A stretch of 64,000 nt of DNA from Alphaproteobacteria bacterium (GCA_964291285.2 OZ219785.1:384001-448000), one strand, 5' to 3'; counted from the first letter of the stretch, positions 21,195-32,420 are shown. Translations and numbers: made by a program. The notes: generated from the letters alone by a model not told the origin.

Positions 21195-21532
21195 ATCCGC
21201 CGGACCTCCCCGGCCGGCAGGTGGAGAATAGAACAAAAAGAGGATATTGTAAATACGACTCTGGCCGGCCGAAACGACCGGCCCCGCAAGAGCTGCCGGA
21301 CGCGGGCGCGTACCCCGTTTCACCGGCTGTCTTGACAACCATCTTGTTGCCAACAAATTCGTTGGGAGTTGTACGATGCTGCGACTCGCGTCAGACATAG
21401 GACCATGCCCCGTCTTTCTCTGCTTCGTCCCCTTGACCAGCCTCCTGGTGCGCGTCGGCTTCTGCAGGACCTGAAGAACGCCTTGGGCGATGATCGGCTC
21501 TCCAGTTTCAAACTTGTCGTCGCGTACGCTAA

Positions 21533-22463
21533 GAGCCTGACCCAAAAAGAGTTGAGCGGTTTCAAGGGATTGTGATTCAGTTCGGTTATGCATCTGAACG
21601 GAGCCACGAATGCCCTGGACCGAAACCGCTCGCCGGGAGTATCGGCGGGACTGCCCACGATATGCAAGCGATCTGACCGACGCTGAGTGGTCTCTGATCG
21701 AGCCCTTCATGCCGTTGCCCTGCCGTATCGGTCGCCCGCGCCAGACCGATCTGCGCGAGGTCGTAAATGCGGTGCTGTATATGGCCACGACCGGTTGTCA
21801 GTGGCGCCAGCTGCCGAAGGACTTTCCGCCGGTCTCGACGGTGCAGCGCTATTTCTACGAGTGGCGCGACAACAGGCTGTGGCAGACGATCCGGTTCCAC
21901 CTGGCCGTGCAGGCGCGCGAACGCGAGGGGCGCGAGGCCCAGCCGAGCGCGGGCGTGATCGACAGCCAGACGGTGAAAACCACGGAGGCAGGCGGGGTTA
22001 GCGGCTATGACGCCGGCAAGAAGGTCAAAGGGCGCAAGCGCCACGCTGTCGTCGACACCATCGGCATGCTCTTCGGCCTCGTCGTACATGCCGCCGACGT
22101 TCAGGACCGCGACGGCGCCCCGGCCGTGCTGAAATCCATCCGCCACGCCTGCCCCTGGCTGCGTCATCTGTTCGCCGATGGCGGATATGCCGGGCCGAAA
22201 CTGCGCGGCGCCCTCGACAGGATCGGCAAGTGGACGCTCGAAATCGTCAAACGCTCCGACACCGCCAACGGCTTCGAAGTCCTCCCCGGACGATGGGTCG
22301 TCGAACGCACCTTCGCATGGCTCGGGCGCTGCCGCAGGCTGGCAAAAGACTGGGAAAAATCCATCGCCTCAAGCGAAGCATGGATCAACATCGCCCATAT
22401 CCGGCTCACAACACGCCGACTCGCAAGGCCTTGAAAAACTTCAGCGAGTTTCGAGTCAGGCTC
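21533..22463 (+). mobile_element. IS5 family (IS1031-like group) insertion sequence
   Basis: Terminal IRs GAGCCTGAC/GTCAGGCTC; TAA target duplication at 21530-21532 and 22464-22466. Confidence 0.92.
21610..22434 (+). CDS. IS5 family transposase
   Basis: YASDLTDAEW, IDSQTVK, GYDAGKKVKGRKRH, ADGGY and RWVVERTFAW motifs. Confidence 0.95.
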   Translation: MPWTETARREYRRDCPRYASDLTDAEWSLIEPFMPLPCRIGRPRQTDLREVVNAVLYMATTGCQWRQLPKDFPPVSTVQRYFYEWRDNRLWQTIRFHLAVQAREREGREAQPSAGVIDSQTVKTTEAGGVSGYDAGKKVKGRKRHAVVDTIGMLFGLVVHAADVQDRDGAPAVLKSIRHACPWLRHLFADGGYAGPKLRGALDRIGKWTLEIVKRSDTANGFEVLPGRWVVERTFAWLGRCRRLAKDWEKSIASSEAWINIAHIRLTTRRLARP

Positions 22464-23340
22464 TAAGAGCGGGCCATTGCATCGCCTGCGGGAGCAACTC
22501 GTCTTGTGGCGCGGCCTCGGGAAGCGGGCCGAGGCTATACTCGGCATCGATCAACAAGGAACGAGCAGAGAAGCCTTATCGCTCGCGCTGGCTTTGTTCG
22601 ATTCGGTATACGTCACGCAAGCACCCGGCGTCACCTTCCATCCAAAGCTTTACCTGTTCAGGGGCGACTATTTCGCACGTGCGCTAGTTGGCTCTAACAA
22701 CCTTACCGTTGGTGGGACCGAGAAGAACTTCGAAGCCGCTATCGACATCGAACTAGATTTACCGGAAGATGCCGACACTCTCGCCACGTTAGAATCCAGT
22801 TGGACGGAATTGCTTCCATCGTCGTGCCCGGCCACTCGGCTCTTGACTCCCGAGCTTCTCGAAAGGCTTGTCCACGATGGCCTCGTGATTCCCGAGAAGT
22901 CCATGCAGGCAAATGCCGGACAGGATGCGCGGCTGGGGCGAAGTCGGTTAGCGACCCCCACCGGGTTCCACATTCTACCGGAGAGTCCACTGCCCAAAGA
23001 GTTGCTTCCCGCAGAGCTACTGCCAATCAGTGGTACACTCGGGACCGGAACGAGCGTCCGCGGATTCGCTATTCAAATCAAACCACATCGCAACGGCGAG
23101 ATATTCCTCAGCCGCACAGCCGTGTTGCAGAACCCCGACTTCTTCGGATGGCCGTTCACAGGTCAGACCACTCCGAAGAAGCCGGGAAACCCATCCTATC
23201 CCCAACTCGAACCCGATCCCATCGTCAACATCGCCGTGTTCGGCGGCAATCCGACACCCATCCTCATACTCGACTCCTACCCGCTGAACACTGTCCACTA
23301 CGCCCCGAGGAGCGAAATTCGTGTTACAGCATCGCAGTTA

Positions 23341-23472
23341 TACCAACGGTCGTTGATTGGAACCTATAGCAGAGCCTCCCTCCGCAGCTCGCCCCCTGAG
23401 CCGAGGCCTCCTACTGCAAGAGGTAATCTCCGCCGAGAGAGGCTAATCGGTTCTTATCTGTGGCCGGTGGTA
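23341..23472. mobile_element. 132-bp MITE inserted in frame in the nuclease gene
   Basis: TTA duplication at 23338-23340 and 23473-23475; imperfect 24-bp IRs TACCAACGGTCGTTGATTGGAACC versus (rc) TACCACCGGCCACAGATAAGAACC; adds 45 codons with no stop. Confidence 0.8.
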
Positions 23473-23648
23473 TTAGTCGGGCTGGTGCCCGACTACTCCG
23501 TCATGATCATGGAGCCATCCGTAACGCCCGGCGTGGCCTACGAGATTACCGTGCATACGCCTACAAGCCCTGAGTACGCTGGATGGGTTGATGCCTGCAA
23601 TCAAACGATGCCGAGCGGCGGCAAAACACCTCGGAAATTCGGTTGGTT

Positions 23649-26600
23649 CTAGCCTTTCTCGAACACGATGATCTGGTTTTTCGTGATCGCATTCCTTATG
23701 TGCTTGAGGTTATCCTTCGTCACGTCAACATCGATTCTCTGTGTATCGCGCAAGCCTACCTGCTCGCCGATACGCCCGATGCTCTCGGTCGTCTCGATAG
23801 AGACCCAACTCCCGCCGGCTTTCGTTCGGCTGTTCCCGACGACATAGAACGCCTTGCCGCCGGGGCGAAGCACCCGCGCGATCTGCTCGAGGTTTCGCTT
23901 CATGTCGACGAAGTAGCGCCAGAGGAGCGCCGCCATGTTCGCGCGACGAAAGCCTACTTCCGACGATAGGTTCGCATGGTAGATGTCCCGTATAGAGGTC
24001 ACCACCTCTGACGGAAGAAGTTCCGTCGCTGCATCTTCCAAAAGAAGGGCTTCGGCTTCTTCCTTGGACCCGCGCCTGATTTCCCGGGAGCCGGTGAGGT
24101 TTTCCTCAATGCCAGCCCGCATCGCCGCAGGCATACCCAATATCGCCAACAACGATAGGCGGTCCGTGTCTATGTACGGCAGGGCAGTCGCATACGGTGG
24201 GCTTGTGATCACGCAGTCTATGCTAGCTGCGCCCAGTCCTAGGCCCTGTGGACGGATTTGATCAAGATGAAGGCAGCGGCGAGTGCGACGAAGGAGCTGA
24301 AGTTTGTGGCGGTCTTTTCGCAGCGCAGGGCGATGCGTTTGAAGCGTTTGAGCTTGCCGACGGCCTGTTCGATGCGCGCCCGTCCTCTGTAGAGCGCGCT
24401 TGCGAAGCGCTTTGGCCTGTTTTTGATGTTCTTCCGGTAGGGAATGACGGTCAGGGCGCCTCTTTTCCGGGCGAGTTGGCGGTTTCCGGCGCTGTCGTAG
24501 CCCTTGTCGGCGACGATGGCGCGGGGCCGGACATCGGGGCCGATGTCCATCAGGGTCTCGAAATGCGGACTGTCGGCAGCCTCGCCGCCGGTCAGGTCGA
24601 AGGCGATCGGCAGGCCGTCGAAATCCGTCTTCAGGTGGATTTTGGTGCTGAAACCGCCCCGCGAGCGTCCAAGCGCCTGACCCTGCTGCCCCCTTTTGCG
24701 CCGGCCGCCGATACATGCGCGCGGGTCACGGTCGAATCGAACATCTGAACCAGGTGCGCCGTGCTGCTCAAATCCGCCAGCGTGGCGAAAAAGTCCTCGA
24801 ACACCCCTGAACGGCTCAGACGGTGAAAACGCCGCCATACCGTATTCCAGTGCCCGAACCGCTCCGGCAGCGCCCGCCAGGTGATGTTGTGAACCGCAAA
24901 GAAGTGCAGCGCCTCCAGAAACAGACGGTCGTCCTTCGCCTTCGCACCCCGCCTCGGAAGGCAAAGCCGGAAAACCTCCAGCGCAACCTCCCAGTCTCCA
25001 TTCGTCATCTTCGTCGACATCAAAGAAACCCCCGAATCGCCGACGCCTCATGATTCAGACAAATCCTCGCACGGGAATCCCTGAACACGCTCCTGAGTCA
25101 ATACGTCCACAGGGCCTAGTGAATCCATCGACTCAGCTGTTCGGGAGTCGCCCTGCATGACCGTCGGCGCCGTCAGACGACCGGGCTGACGGCCAGCGAT
25201 GGACCAATATTTTTGAAGGCGAATATGCTGCTGCTCCAGTCGTTCCTCGAACATTTCCAGAATAGGCGCGTCTGCCAATGGTGACTTCCGTCTACGAATC
25301 CGAAGATCAGTCGGATCTTGATGGGAAACGTCACGGATCAAGCTGCTGACGATTACCTCAAAGAAGTCCACCAATGTCTGCGTTCCCAAGAGGCGAGCTT
25401 GGGCCAGAAGCCAATTCAGCTTGTACAGCACAGGCGGCGGGAACCATCGAAGTAGTTCTTCATGGGTCGCGACTTCGAATTGGTCGAGCGCCTCCGGAAG
25501 AACGCCGCGCCGGTGCGATACGCGATCCATTACCGCCCTTATGGCAAGGTCGACAACGTCTTTGGGTACCGTGAGCACGGCCGTCTTCGCATGTGCAATC
25601 TTGGCGGCCAAGGGGTTGAAGTCACAGCCATAGGCTGTGTATCCGTTCAGCATCCCCTCAAGAAGCGTCGTGCCCGAGCCGCAGTAGGGGTCCAGAACCG
25701 AGCCCCCAACCGGAACGCCGGAGCAGTTCAACAGCGACTTCACCAGCTGTGGATAGAACTTCCCCTTGAACGCATGAATTCCGTGCGTCGCGTACTTCGG
25801 GTCCTTGCGTCTTGCAGGGTCTCCATCGCCGTTCTCTAGCGCTCGCTGCCAAGTCGCTTGAGGGTTGCCGTTGCCATCACCGAGAATATAGTCACGGGTG
25901 AACGTAAGCCGCCGTAGTTGCCACAATGCCGGTTGCCTGAGCGGCAAAACGATGGGCCTTCCGGTTCCGCTCTCGTCGATCGATTGTCCTGTAAGGCTCT
26001 CTATCTCTTGGACCCTTAATTTGTTTTCGTAAGGCCACATCCGATAGGTTGGAGGGTTGAGATACGCTGCAATAGGCTTGTTCGGCTTCCGCATTACCAC
26101 GATCTGCTCGGACCTCGCGCGCCTCGCTGGCTTGGCGAATGACCGCTTTGTGCGATGGATTGGTCGGTCTATAACCCCGATCATATCGAGACCGGCCTCT
26201 TGACCAGCTTCGGCGATCGCGTCCGACGTTGAGAAACTTTCTCCTTTGAAGATTGCATCCCCAACAACAAACACCGCATAGCGCCCTGGCACCAGCACCT
26301 TGGCGCATCCATCCATAGCATGCGCCATGTCATCCCTATACTCATCGAACCCGGTCGCGTTTCTCTGGTGCCGCAAGTGCGATCCGATCTCGATCTTTCC
26401 CAGCGCCTTCGGATCGAAACCAAGCCAGAACAGACGAAATCGGTGATAGAGGTGGTAGTCGGTCGCGTTAGGATACGGCGGTGACGTCACGACCAAATCA
26501 ACACTGTTTTCTCCAACGTCCTTCGGCAGATCGTATCTGCTGTCACCCACCAAATAGTGTGCGTCTGCGAACTGTAGATCTAACGCGGCCTTCTCTAAAC

Positions 26601-27456
26601 GGCGGGAAACAGCCTTGAGTGACTCCAGATATGCCCGCAGTGCGATCGTCGGCGTGAGTGACTTAACAACCGATACGTAACGGGTCTCAGACTCTTGGTT
26701 AGAGATTCGAATAATAACCCGCGACAGCGCAAGGTATGCCGCATCTCGGGCTAAGCCGGCTGTTGTCTGTTCGATCAGGTGTCTGATGAGGCAGAGTTCA
26801 CCGATCACGTAGTCATTGAACCATTTGACTATGTTAGGTATGTCGGGCAAGTACTTGGCATACTGGGACATCAGATGCGTTACCCAATGCCCGCGGTGAG
26901 TGCTAAAATTTATGATGTGTCCGTCTATTGCGGCGCAGAGTTGGTCGATATCCGTACGTACGCTGGTCGCCATGAAGCCAGTCTTCACCCGGCCGATCAA
27001 CGCGGACAGGGGGTTTGCATCGAACGAAATTGCCCTACGCCCCAACCGAACGGCCTCCACGGCCGTTGTTCCGCTCCCGCCGAAAGGATCTAAAACGACA
27101 TCACCTGGCATGGATAGGCGCGCAATGAGGTGAGCAGGAATCTGCGGGATAAATTTGGCCGGATACGGATGAAGGTTGTGCGTCAGGTAACGTGTGTCGT
27201 CCTCCGTGAACGACCAGTCGCGAGACGACAGAGAGCCGAAAACTCTCTCCGGCTCCTGTAGGTCATCGGCATTCTCGATCTCGTGCGGCCTTTGCGGCCC
27301 ATCTTGCGCTTCGCGCGGAAACGCTGTGACCACCTGTTCCTCGAACCAGTCGGTCAGCGTAGTGCCTTGAAGCGACGCCGCCTCTATGATTGCTGACTTC
27401 CTCTCGTCAGAGGTCTCCAGCACGATGCGCGCTCTGCTCATATGCTTCTGATCCAA
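23649..27456 (-). pseudogene. Fused double amino-methyltransferase (two SPPY, N4-C type domains), interrupted by IS5
   Basis: Domain 1 HPYPAKF/LDPFGGSGTT/VVTSPPY; domain 2 HAFKGKF/LDPYCGSGTT/VITSPPY; removing the IS and one TA restores MDSLGLGAASIDCVITSPPY, 976 aa. Confidence 0.9.
24242..25116 (-). mobile_element. IS5 family (IS427-like group) element with a two-ORF frameshifted transposase
   Basis: IRs GGCCCTGTGGACG/CGTCCACAGGGCC; TA duplication in a CTAG target; ORF A 24631-25023 and ORF B (LGRSRGG, ADKGYDS) overlap at AAAAGGGGG. Confidence 0.92.
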
Positions 27457-27849
27457 TGTACAATTCTAAAGTAAGATTACTTGCTTTCTACAGTCTGCGC
27501 AAGAATCGGTGCCAAAACACACACGCGGTCCTGTAGCTCCTGCCTGTCTAGCCCTGAGGACTGCCCGACTACGGGGCCTTCGGAGCGGAGCTTGATCCGT
27601 CCTGCAGCCCCGCTTTCCGCTTTTCTCCGGCGGCGCAACATGCTACGGGCTGCGCGAGGCGCGGGGCCGACTTCCCCGGGATCGCGCCGGGGAGCCGTTA
27701 CCGTCTCGGCTGCGGTCCCTCCGTCCCGGCCCGCCGGCCTTGCCATCGCCTCGCGGCGGCTGTAGGGTCCGCCGCCATGAGCCCACGGACCCGTATCTGC
27801 GTTTCACGACGCCGCGCCTGCATGTAGGCGGTCGCGGGCTCATTCACTA

Positions 27850-28421
27850 GGTCCTGTGGACGGATTTGATCAAGATGAAGGCAGCGGCGAGTGCGACGAA
27901 GGAGCTGAAGTTTGTGGCGGTCTTTTCGCAGCGCAGGGCGATGCGTTTGAAGCGTTTGAGCTTGCCGACGGCCTGTTCGATGCGCGCCCGTCCTCTGTAG
28001 AGCGCGCTTGCGAAGCGCTTTGGCCTGTTTTTGATGTTCTTCCGGTAGGGAATGACGGTCAGGGCGCCTCTTTTCCGGGCGAGTTGGCGGTTTCCGGCGC
28101 TGTCATAGCCCTTGTCGGCGACGATGGCGCGGGGCCGGACATCGGGGCCGATGTCCATCAGGGTCTCGAAATGCGGACTGTCGGCTGCCTCGCCGCCGGT
28201 CAGGTCGAAGGCGATCGGCAGGCCGTCGAAATCGGTCTTCAGGTGGATTTTGGTGCTGAAACCGCCCCGCGAGCGTCCAAGCGCCTGACCCTGCTGCCCC
28301 CTTTTGCGCCGGCCGCCGATACATGCGCGCGGGTCACGGTCGAATCGAACATCTGAACCAGGTGCGCCGTGCTGCTCAAATCCGCCAGCGTGGCGAAAAA
28401 GTCCTCGAACACCCCTGAACG
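27850..28421 (-). mobile_element. Truncated second copy of the IS427-like element
   Basis: Near-identical to 24242-24813; begins at a CTAG site; identity stops abruptly at 28421, removing the transposase 5' part and that IR. Confidence 0.9.
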
Positions 28422-28538
28422 CACCGGTGGGTGCTAACTATCTGACGCAGCGTTGTTTTTTCTCCGGAAATGCAGCGGTCGGGGAAGCGGGTCGCAAGGG
28501 CCCGTTCCCCGCCTGCAATCGGAGCCGGGAGAAACGCA

Positions 28539-29663
28539 ATGGCGAAGACTACCCTCACCGAGGCGCGCGTGAAGGCGCTCAAGCCCCGCAGGTCGGTCCG
28601 CGAGGTCCGCGACGGCAGGCTCAGGGGGTTCGGCGTCCGTGTGTTGCCCTCGGGCCGCAAGCAGTTCTTCATCCACTGCCAGCATCGCGGCGAGCGTATC
28701 TGGAAGATCGTCGGCGACGCCGGGTCGATGAGCGTCACGGACGCGCGGGCGGCGGCTGCGGAGATGCTCACCGCCATCAGGCGCGGCGGGGAGGCGCCGC
28801 CTGCGCCGGACGAAACGGTCTTCGAGGCCGTCGCCGAAACCGTGTTCGAGCGCCATGAGCGCCTCTGGAAAGCCGGAACGCTCGCTGTCAACCGCAGCTA
28901 TCTTCGCTGCCGGATCCTGCCGCATTTCGCCGGGCGTCCGGTTGCCGCCATCGACCGGCAGGAGGTAAGGAACTGGTTCGCCCGCCTGCGCGCGGTGCCG
29001 GTGGCGGCCGACCGGTCGATGCCGGTGCTGTCCGTCATCATGAGGGAGGCGGAGGCCATGGGCCTGCGCCCGGAGGGGTCCAACCCCTGCCGGGGCATCC
29101 GCCGCTACCGCCGCAAGGGCCGTGAGCGGTTCCTCCCGGACGAGGAAATCCGCCGCCTGTCCGGGAGGCTCAAGGCGCACGAGGCCCGCTGGCCGCAGCA
29201 TGTCGCCGCCATCCGCCTGCTGCTGCTGACCGGCTGCCGCAAGGGCGAGATCCTCACCCTGCAATGGTCCGACTACCGCGAAGGCCGCCTGTTCCTGCGC
29301 GATTCCAAAACGGGGCCGAGGACCGTCTGGTTGTCGGAGCCGGCCCGGACGGTGCTTGATGGTCTCGAGCGGAAGGGGCGGTGGATATTCCCGGCATCCC
29401 GGGGCGACCGGCCCCGGAGCGGGTGCTGGCTGGACTACTTCTGGCGCAGGGTCCGCGCCGAGGCGCACCTGGAGGACGCCCGCCTTCACGACCTGCGTCA
29501 TACGCATGCGAGCCTTGCCCTCAGGCAGGGCGAGACGGTGCTCGCCATCGGCCGGCTGCTGGGCCACCGCAGGCCGGAAACCACGCTGAAATACACCCAT
29601 GTCGCCGACGCCATGGTGCAGGACGCAGCCGAGACCGTCGGTGCCGCGCTGGAGGCAGGCTGA
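28539..29663 (+). CDS. Tyrosine recombinase/integrase with arm-binding (DUF4102-like) N-terminus, copy 1
   Basis: GFGVRV.PSGRK; TGCRKGE, HDLRH, LLGH and KYTH catalytic residues intact. Confidence 0.93.
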   Translation: MAKTTLTEARVKALKPRRSVREVRDGRLRGFGVRVLPSGRKQFFIHCQHRGERIWKIVGDAGSMSVTDARAAAAEMLTAIRRGGEAPPAPDETVFEAVAETVFERHERLWKAGTLAVNRSYLRCRILPHFAGRPVAAIDRQEVRNWFARLRAVPVAADRSMPVLSVIMREAEAMGLRPEGSNPCRGIRRYRRKGRERFLPDEEIRRLSGRLKAHEARWPQHVAAIRLLLLTGCRKGEILTLQWSDYREGRLFLRDSKTGPRTVWLSEPARTVLDGLERKGRWIFPASRGDRPRSGCWLDYFWRRVRAEAHLEDARLHDLRHTHASLALRQGETVLAIGRLLGHRRPETTLKYTHVADAMVQDAAETVGAALEAG

Positions 29664-30826
29664 TGGCGGGCCGGGAACGGATGAAACTCACCGACGCCGC
29701 CGTCGCCCGTTTCCGCCCCCGCGAGCGGGAATATACGGTCTGGGACACGCGCATCGCCGGCCTTGGCGTCCGGGTGCGGCCCACCGGCGGGCGCAGCTGG
29801 GTGCTGCTGCTCGACAGCGGCGGGCGCACGAAGCGCGTCTCGCTCGGCCCGGTCGGGGTGAAGAGCCTGGAAGAGGTTCGCAGGGAATGCCATGCCCGCA
29901 AGGCGAACCCCGAGCCCGAGGGAAAGACCGTGCGCACGGGGCCGGTCCCGCTGTTCCGGGATTTCGTCGCCGGTCCATGGAAGGAGGCCCATTTCAATGG
30001 CTGCAAGCCCTCGACGCAGAGGACCACCCGGTATCAGCTTGCGGGCCAGCTCCTGCCGGCCTTCGGGGCGAAACCGCTGAACCGCATCGGCGAGGCCGCC
30101 ATCCGGCGCTGGTTCGAGCGATACAGCCGCACCGCGCCGGGCAACGCCAATCTCTGCCTTGCCCGTCTGCGGCAGATTCTCAACTTCGCCCTCGCCTGCG
30201 GCTATATCGAACGCAATCCCGTCGGGCGCATCGCCCCGAACCGCCGCCCCGCATTGACGCGGTTCCTGTCCCGGGAGGAACTCGCACGCCTCCATGCCGC
30301 CCTGGACGCGCAGACCCGGAAGAGCGCGCGGCAGCAGGCCGACATCGTCCGCCTCCTGCTGCTGACCGGCTGCCGCAGAAGCGAGATCACGGGCCTCGGC
30401 TGGTCGGAAGTCCGCGAGGACGGGCTGGCGCTCACCGATGCCAAGACCGGACCGAGGAAGGTCCCGCTCGGCAGCCGGGCCCGGGCCATTCTCGACCGGC
30501 AGCCGCGCGCGGGCAGCGCGTTCGTGTTTCCCTCGCCGTGCGACCCCGCCCGCCCGCGCAGCCCCGACCTGCCGCTCTGGTACCGCGTCAGACGCGAAGC
30601 CGGCATCGGGGATGTCCGCCTTCATGATCTCCGGCATACCATGGCCAGCCATGCGGTGATGAACGGCGTGCCGGTCCCGGTGGTCTCCCGCCTGCTCGGG
30701 CATTCCAGTGCGAGGATGACGCTGCGCTACGCCCATCTCGCCGACCGCGACATCGAAGCCGCCGCGGAACGCGTCGGGCAGGCGATGGCGCGGGCCATGG
30801 CGGACGAACCGGACCAGCGCCGGTGA
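29663..30826 (+). CDS. Tyrosine recombinase/integrase, copy 2
   Basis: GLGVRVRPTGGRSW; TGCRRSE, HDLRH, LLGH and RYAH; TGATG coupling to copy 1. Confidence 0.93.
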   Translation: MAGRERMKLTDAAVARFRPREREYTVWDTRIAGLGVRVRPTGGRSWVLLLDSGGRTKRVSLGPVGVKSLEEVRRECHARKANPEPEGKTVRTGPVPLFRDFVAGPWKEAHFNGCKPSTQRTTRYQLAGQLLPAFGAKPLNRIGEAAIRRWFERYSRTAPGNANLCLARLRQILNFALACGYIERNPVGRIAPNRRPALTRFLSREELARLHAALDAQTRKSARQQADIVRLLLLTGCRRSEITGLGWSEVREDGLALTDAKTGPRKVPLGSRARAILDRQPRAGSAFVFPSPCDPARPRSPDLPLWYRVRREAGIGDVRLHDLRHTMASHAVMNGVPVPVVSRLLGHSSARMTLRYAHLADRDIEAAAERVGQAMARAMADEPDQRR

Positions 30827-30839
30827 CGGGCAAGTTGGC

Positions 30840-32291
30840 TCAGGCGGTCAGGAAGTCCCTGTATTCTTCCATCGTCAGCACGCTGAAATTGTCGGCCGAC
30901 AGCATGTCGAAAGTCACGCCCTCGAGGATGATCTCGCTGCCCTCAAGCATCTTCGACGTGATCCTGACGCCGCCCGCCTCGTAGTCGTCGATGACCTTCA
31001 GGTCGGAGATCTGGAGGAACAGCTGTCCGGGGTTCTCCGGGTCCATCGCCTGCGCCCTGGTCTGGGCCAGGAAGAGGATGGTGTCCTCCTCGACCGAGAA
31101 GTCGGTGATCACATCGGCGCCATCGCCCTGGCGGAATAGGAACCGGTCGGCGCCCCTGCCGCCTTCCAACCGGTCGTCGCCTGTGCCGCCCACGAATTTA
31201 TCGGCGCCGGCGCCACCGGAGAGATAGTCGTCACCCGCTCCGCTGTAGAGCCTGTCATTGCCAGCGCCGCCGTAGAGTTCGTCGGCGCCAGCGCCGCCGA
31301 GGATCGTGTCGTTGCCCTCGCCGCCGTAGAGTTCGTCGTCGCCATCCTGGCCGTAGAGCCTGTCGGCGCCATCGCCGCCGTAGAGTTCGTCGTCGCCTGC
31401 ACCGCCTTCGATCCTGTCGTTGCCCTCCCCGCCGTAGAGTTCGTCGTCGCCCTCTTCGCCGTAGAGCTCGTCGGCGCCATCCTGGCCCCGGAGCAAGTCG
31501 TCGCCATCGCCGCCGAAGAGCCTGTCGGCGCCACTGCCGCCGTAGAGCCTGTCGTTGTGGTCATCGCCGCCGAGGATCGTGTCGTCGCCATCGCCGCCGG
31601 AGAGGTGGTTGGCGCCATCGCCGCCTTCGAGATAGTCGTCGCCTTCGCCGCCGGAGAGCTTGTCGGCGCCCTCGCCGCCGTAGAGCTTGTCGTCGCCATC
31701 GCCGCCGGAGAGCCTGTCGGCGCCCTCTTCGCCGTAGAGCTTGTCGTCGCCCTCCCCGCCGTGGAGCCAGTCGTTGCCCTCGCCGCCTTCGAGATAGTCG
31801 TCGCCTGCGATGCCCTCGATCCTGTCGTTGCCATTCCCGCCGTAGAGCCAGTCGTGACCCCCGCCGCCGTGGAGCTTGTCGTTGCCGTCCCGGCCCCAGA
31901 GCCTGTCGTCGCCATCGCCGCCGAAAAGCCTGTCGTTGCCGTCGTCGCCATACAGCATGTCGTCGCCATCGCCGCCGGAGAGCCTGTCGTCGCCATTCCC
32001 GCCGTAGAGCCGGTCGTGACCCCCGCCGCCGTAGAGCCTGTCGGCGCCATCGCCGCCTTCGAGATAGTCAGCGCCTGCGAAGCCTTCGAGCTTGTCGTTG
32101 CCATCGCCGCCGTAGAGCCTGTCGGCGCCCGGGCCGCCGTAGAGCTCGTCGTTGCCCTCTTCGCCGTAGAGCCAGTTGTTGCCGCCGAGGCCGTAGAGTT
32201 CGTCGTTGCCGCCGCGGCCGAAGAGCCTGTCGGCGCCCGGGCCGCCGAACAGGCGGTCCTTGCCGTCGCCACCGGTAATGTCTTGCGTCAT
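30840..32291 (-). CDS. RTX/hemolysin-type Ca2+-binding repeat protein (483 aa)
   Basis: About 40 contiguous GGxGxDxLx nonapeptides; C-terminal D.ITDF type I secretion-type tail. Confidence 0.92.
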   Translation of the reverse strand: MTQDITGGDGKDRLFGGPGADRLFGRGGNDELYGLGGNNWLYGEEGNDELYGGPGADRLYGGDGNDKLEGFAGADYLEGGDGADRLYGGGGHDRLYGGNGDDRLSGGDGDDMLYGDDGNDRLFGGDGDDRLWGRDGNDKLHGGGGHDWLYGGNGNDRIEGIAGDDYLEGGEGNDWLHGGEGDDKLYGEEGADRLSGGDGDDKLYGGEGADKLSGGEGDDYLEGGDGANHLSGGDGDDTILGGDDHNDRLYGGSGADRLFGGDGDDLLRGQDGADELYGEEGDDELYGGEGNDRIEGGAGDDELYGGDGADRLYGQDGDDELYGGEGNDTILGGAGADELYGGAGNDRLYSGAGDDYLSGGAGADKFVGGTGDDRLEGGRGADRFLFRQGDGADVITDFSVEEDTILFLAQTRAQAMDPENPGQLFLQISDLKVIDDYEAGGVRITSKMLEGSEIILEGVTFDMLSADNFSVLTMEEYRDFLTA

Positions 32292-32420
32292 GATGGTCCC
32301 TTCCTTTCAACGATTGTTCCCGAACGCATCCTGCCGCTCCTGGTTGAATCGAGCTGGCCTGATTTCGGGGTATCGGTTTTCGGTTCCGCCTTGCGGTATC
32401 CCGGGACAGCCGGAAGCGGC

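Larger units (their letters stand above)
21405..23652 (+). pseudogene. PLD (HKD) restriction endonuclease, BfiI/BmrI-like; interrupted by IS5 and a MITE
   Basis: Removing the IS and one TAA restores ...VVAYAKSGPLHRLRE...; FHPKLY...VGSNNLT..G..KNFE catalytic motif; C-terminus resembles the BfiI DNA-binding domain; 392 aa when repaired. Confidence 0.85.

Noticed and set aside
27547-27562. CTAGCCCTGAGGACT resembling the IS427-like end
   Set aside because: Short, mismatched and with no adjoining IS sequence; could be chance.
31100-32280. Regular 27-bp periodic repeats resembling a CRISPR array
   Set aside because: They encode RTX nonapeptides in an open frame; there are no unique spacers and no cas genes.
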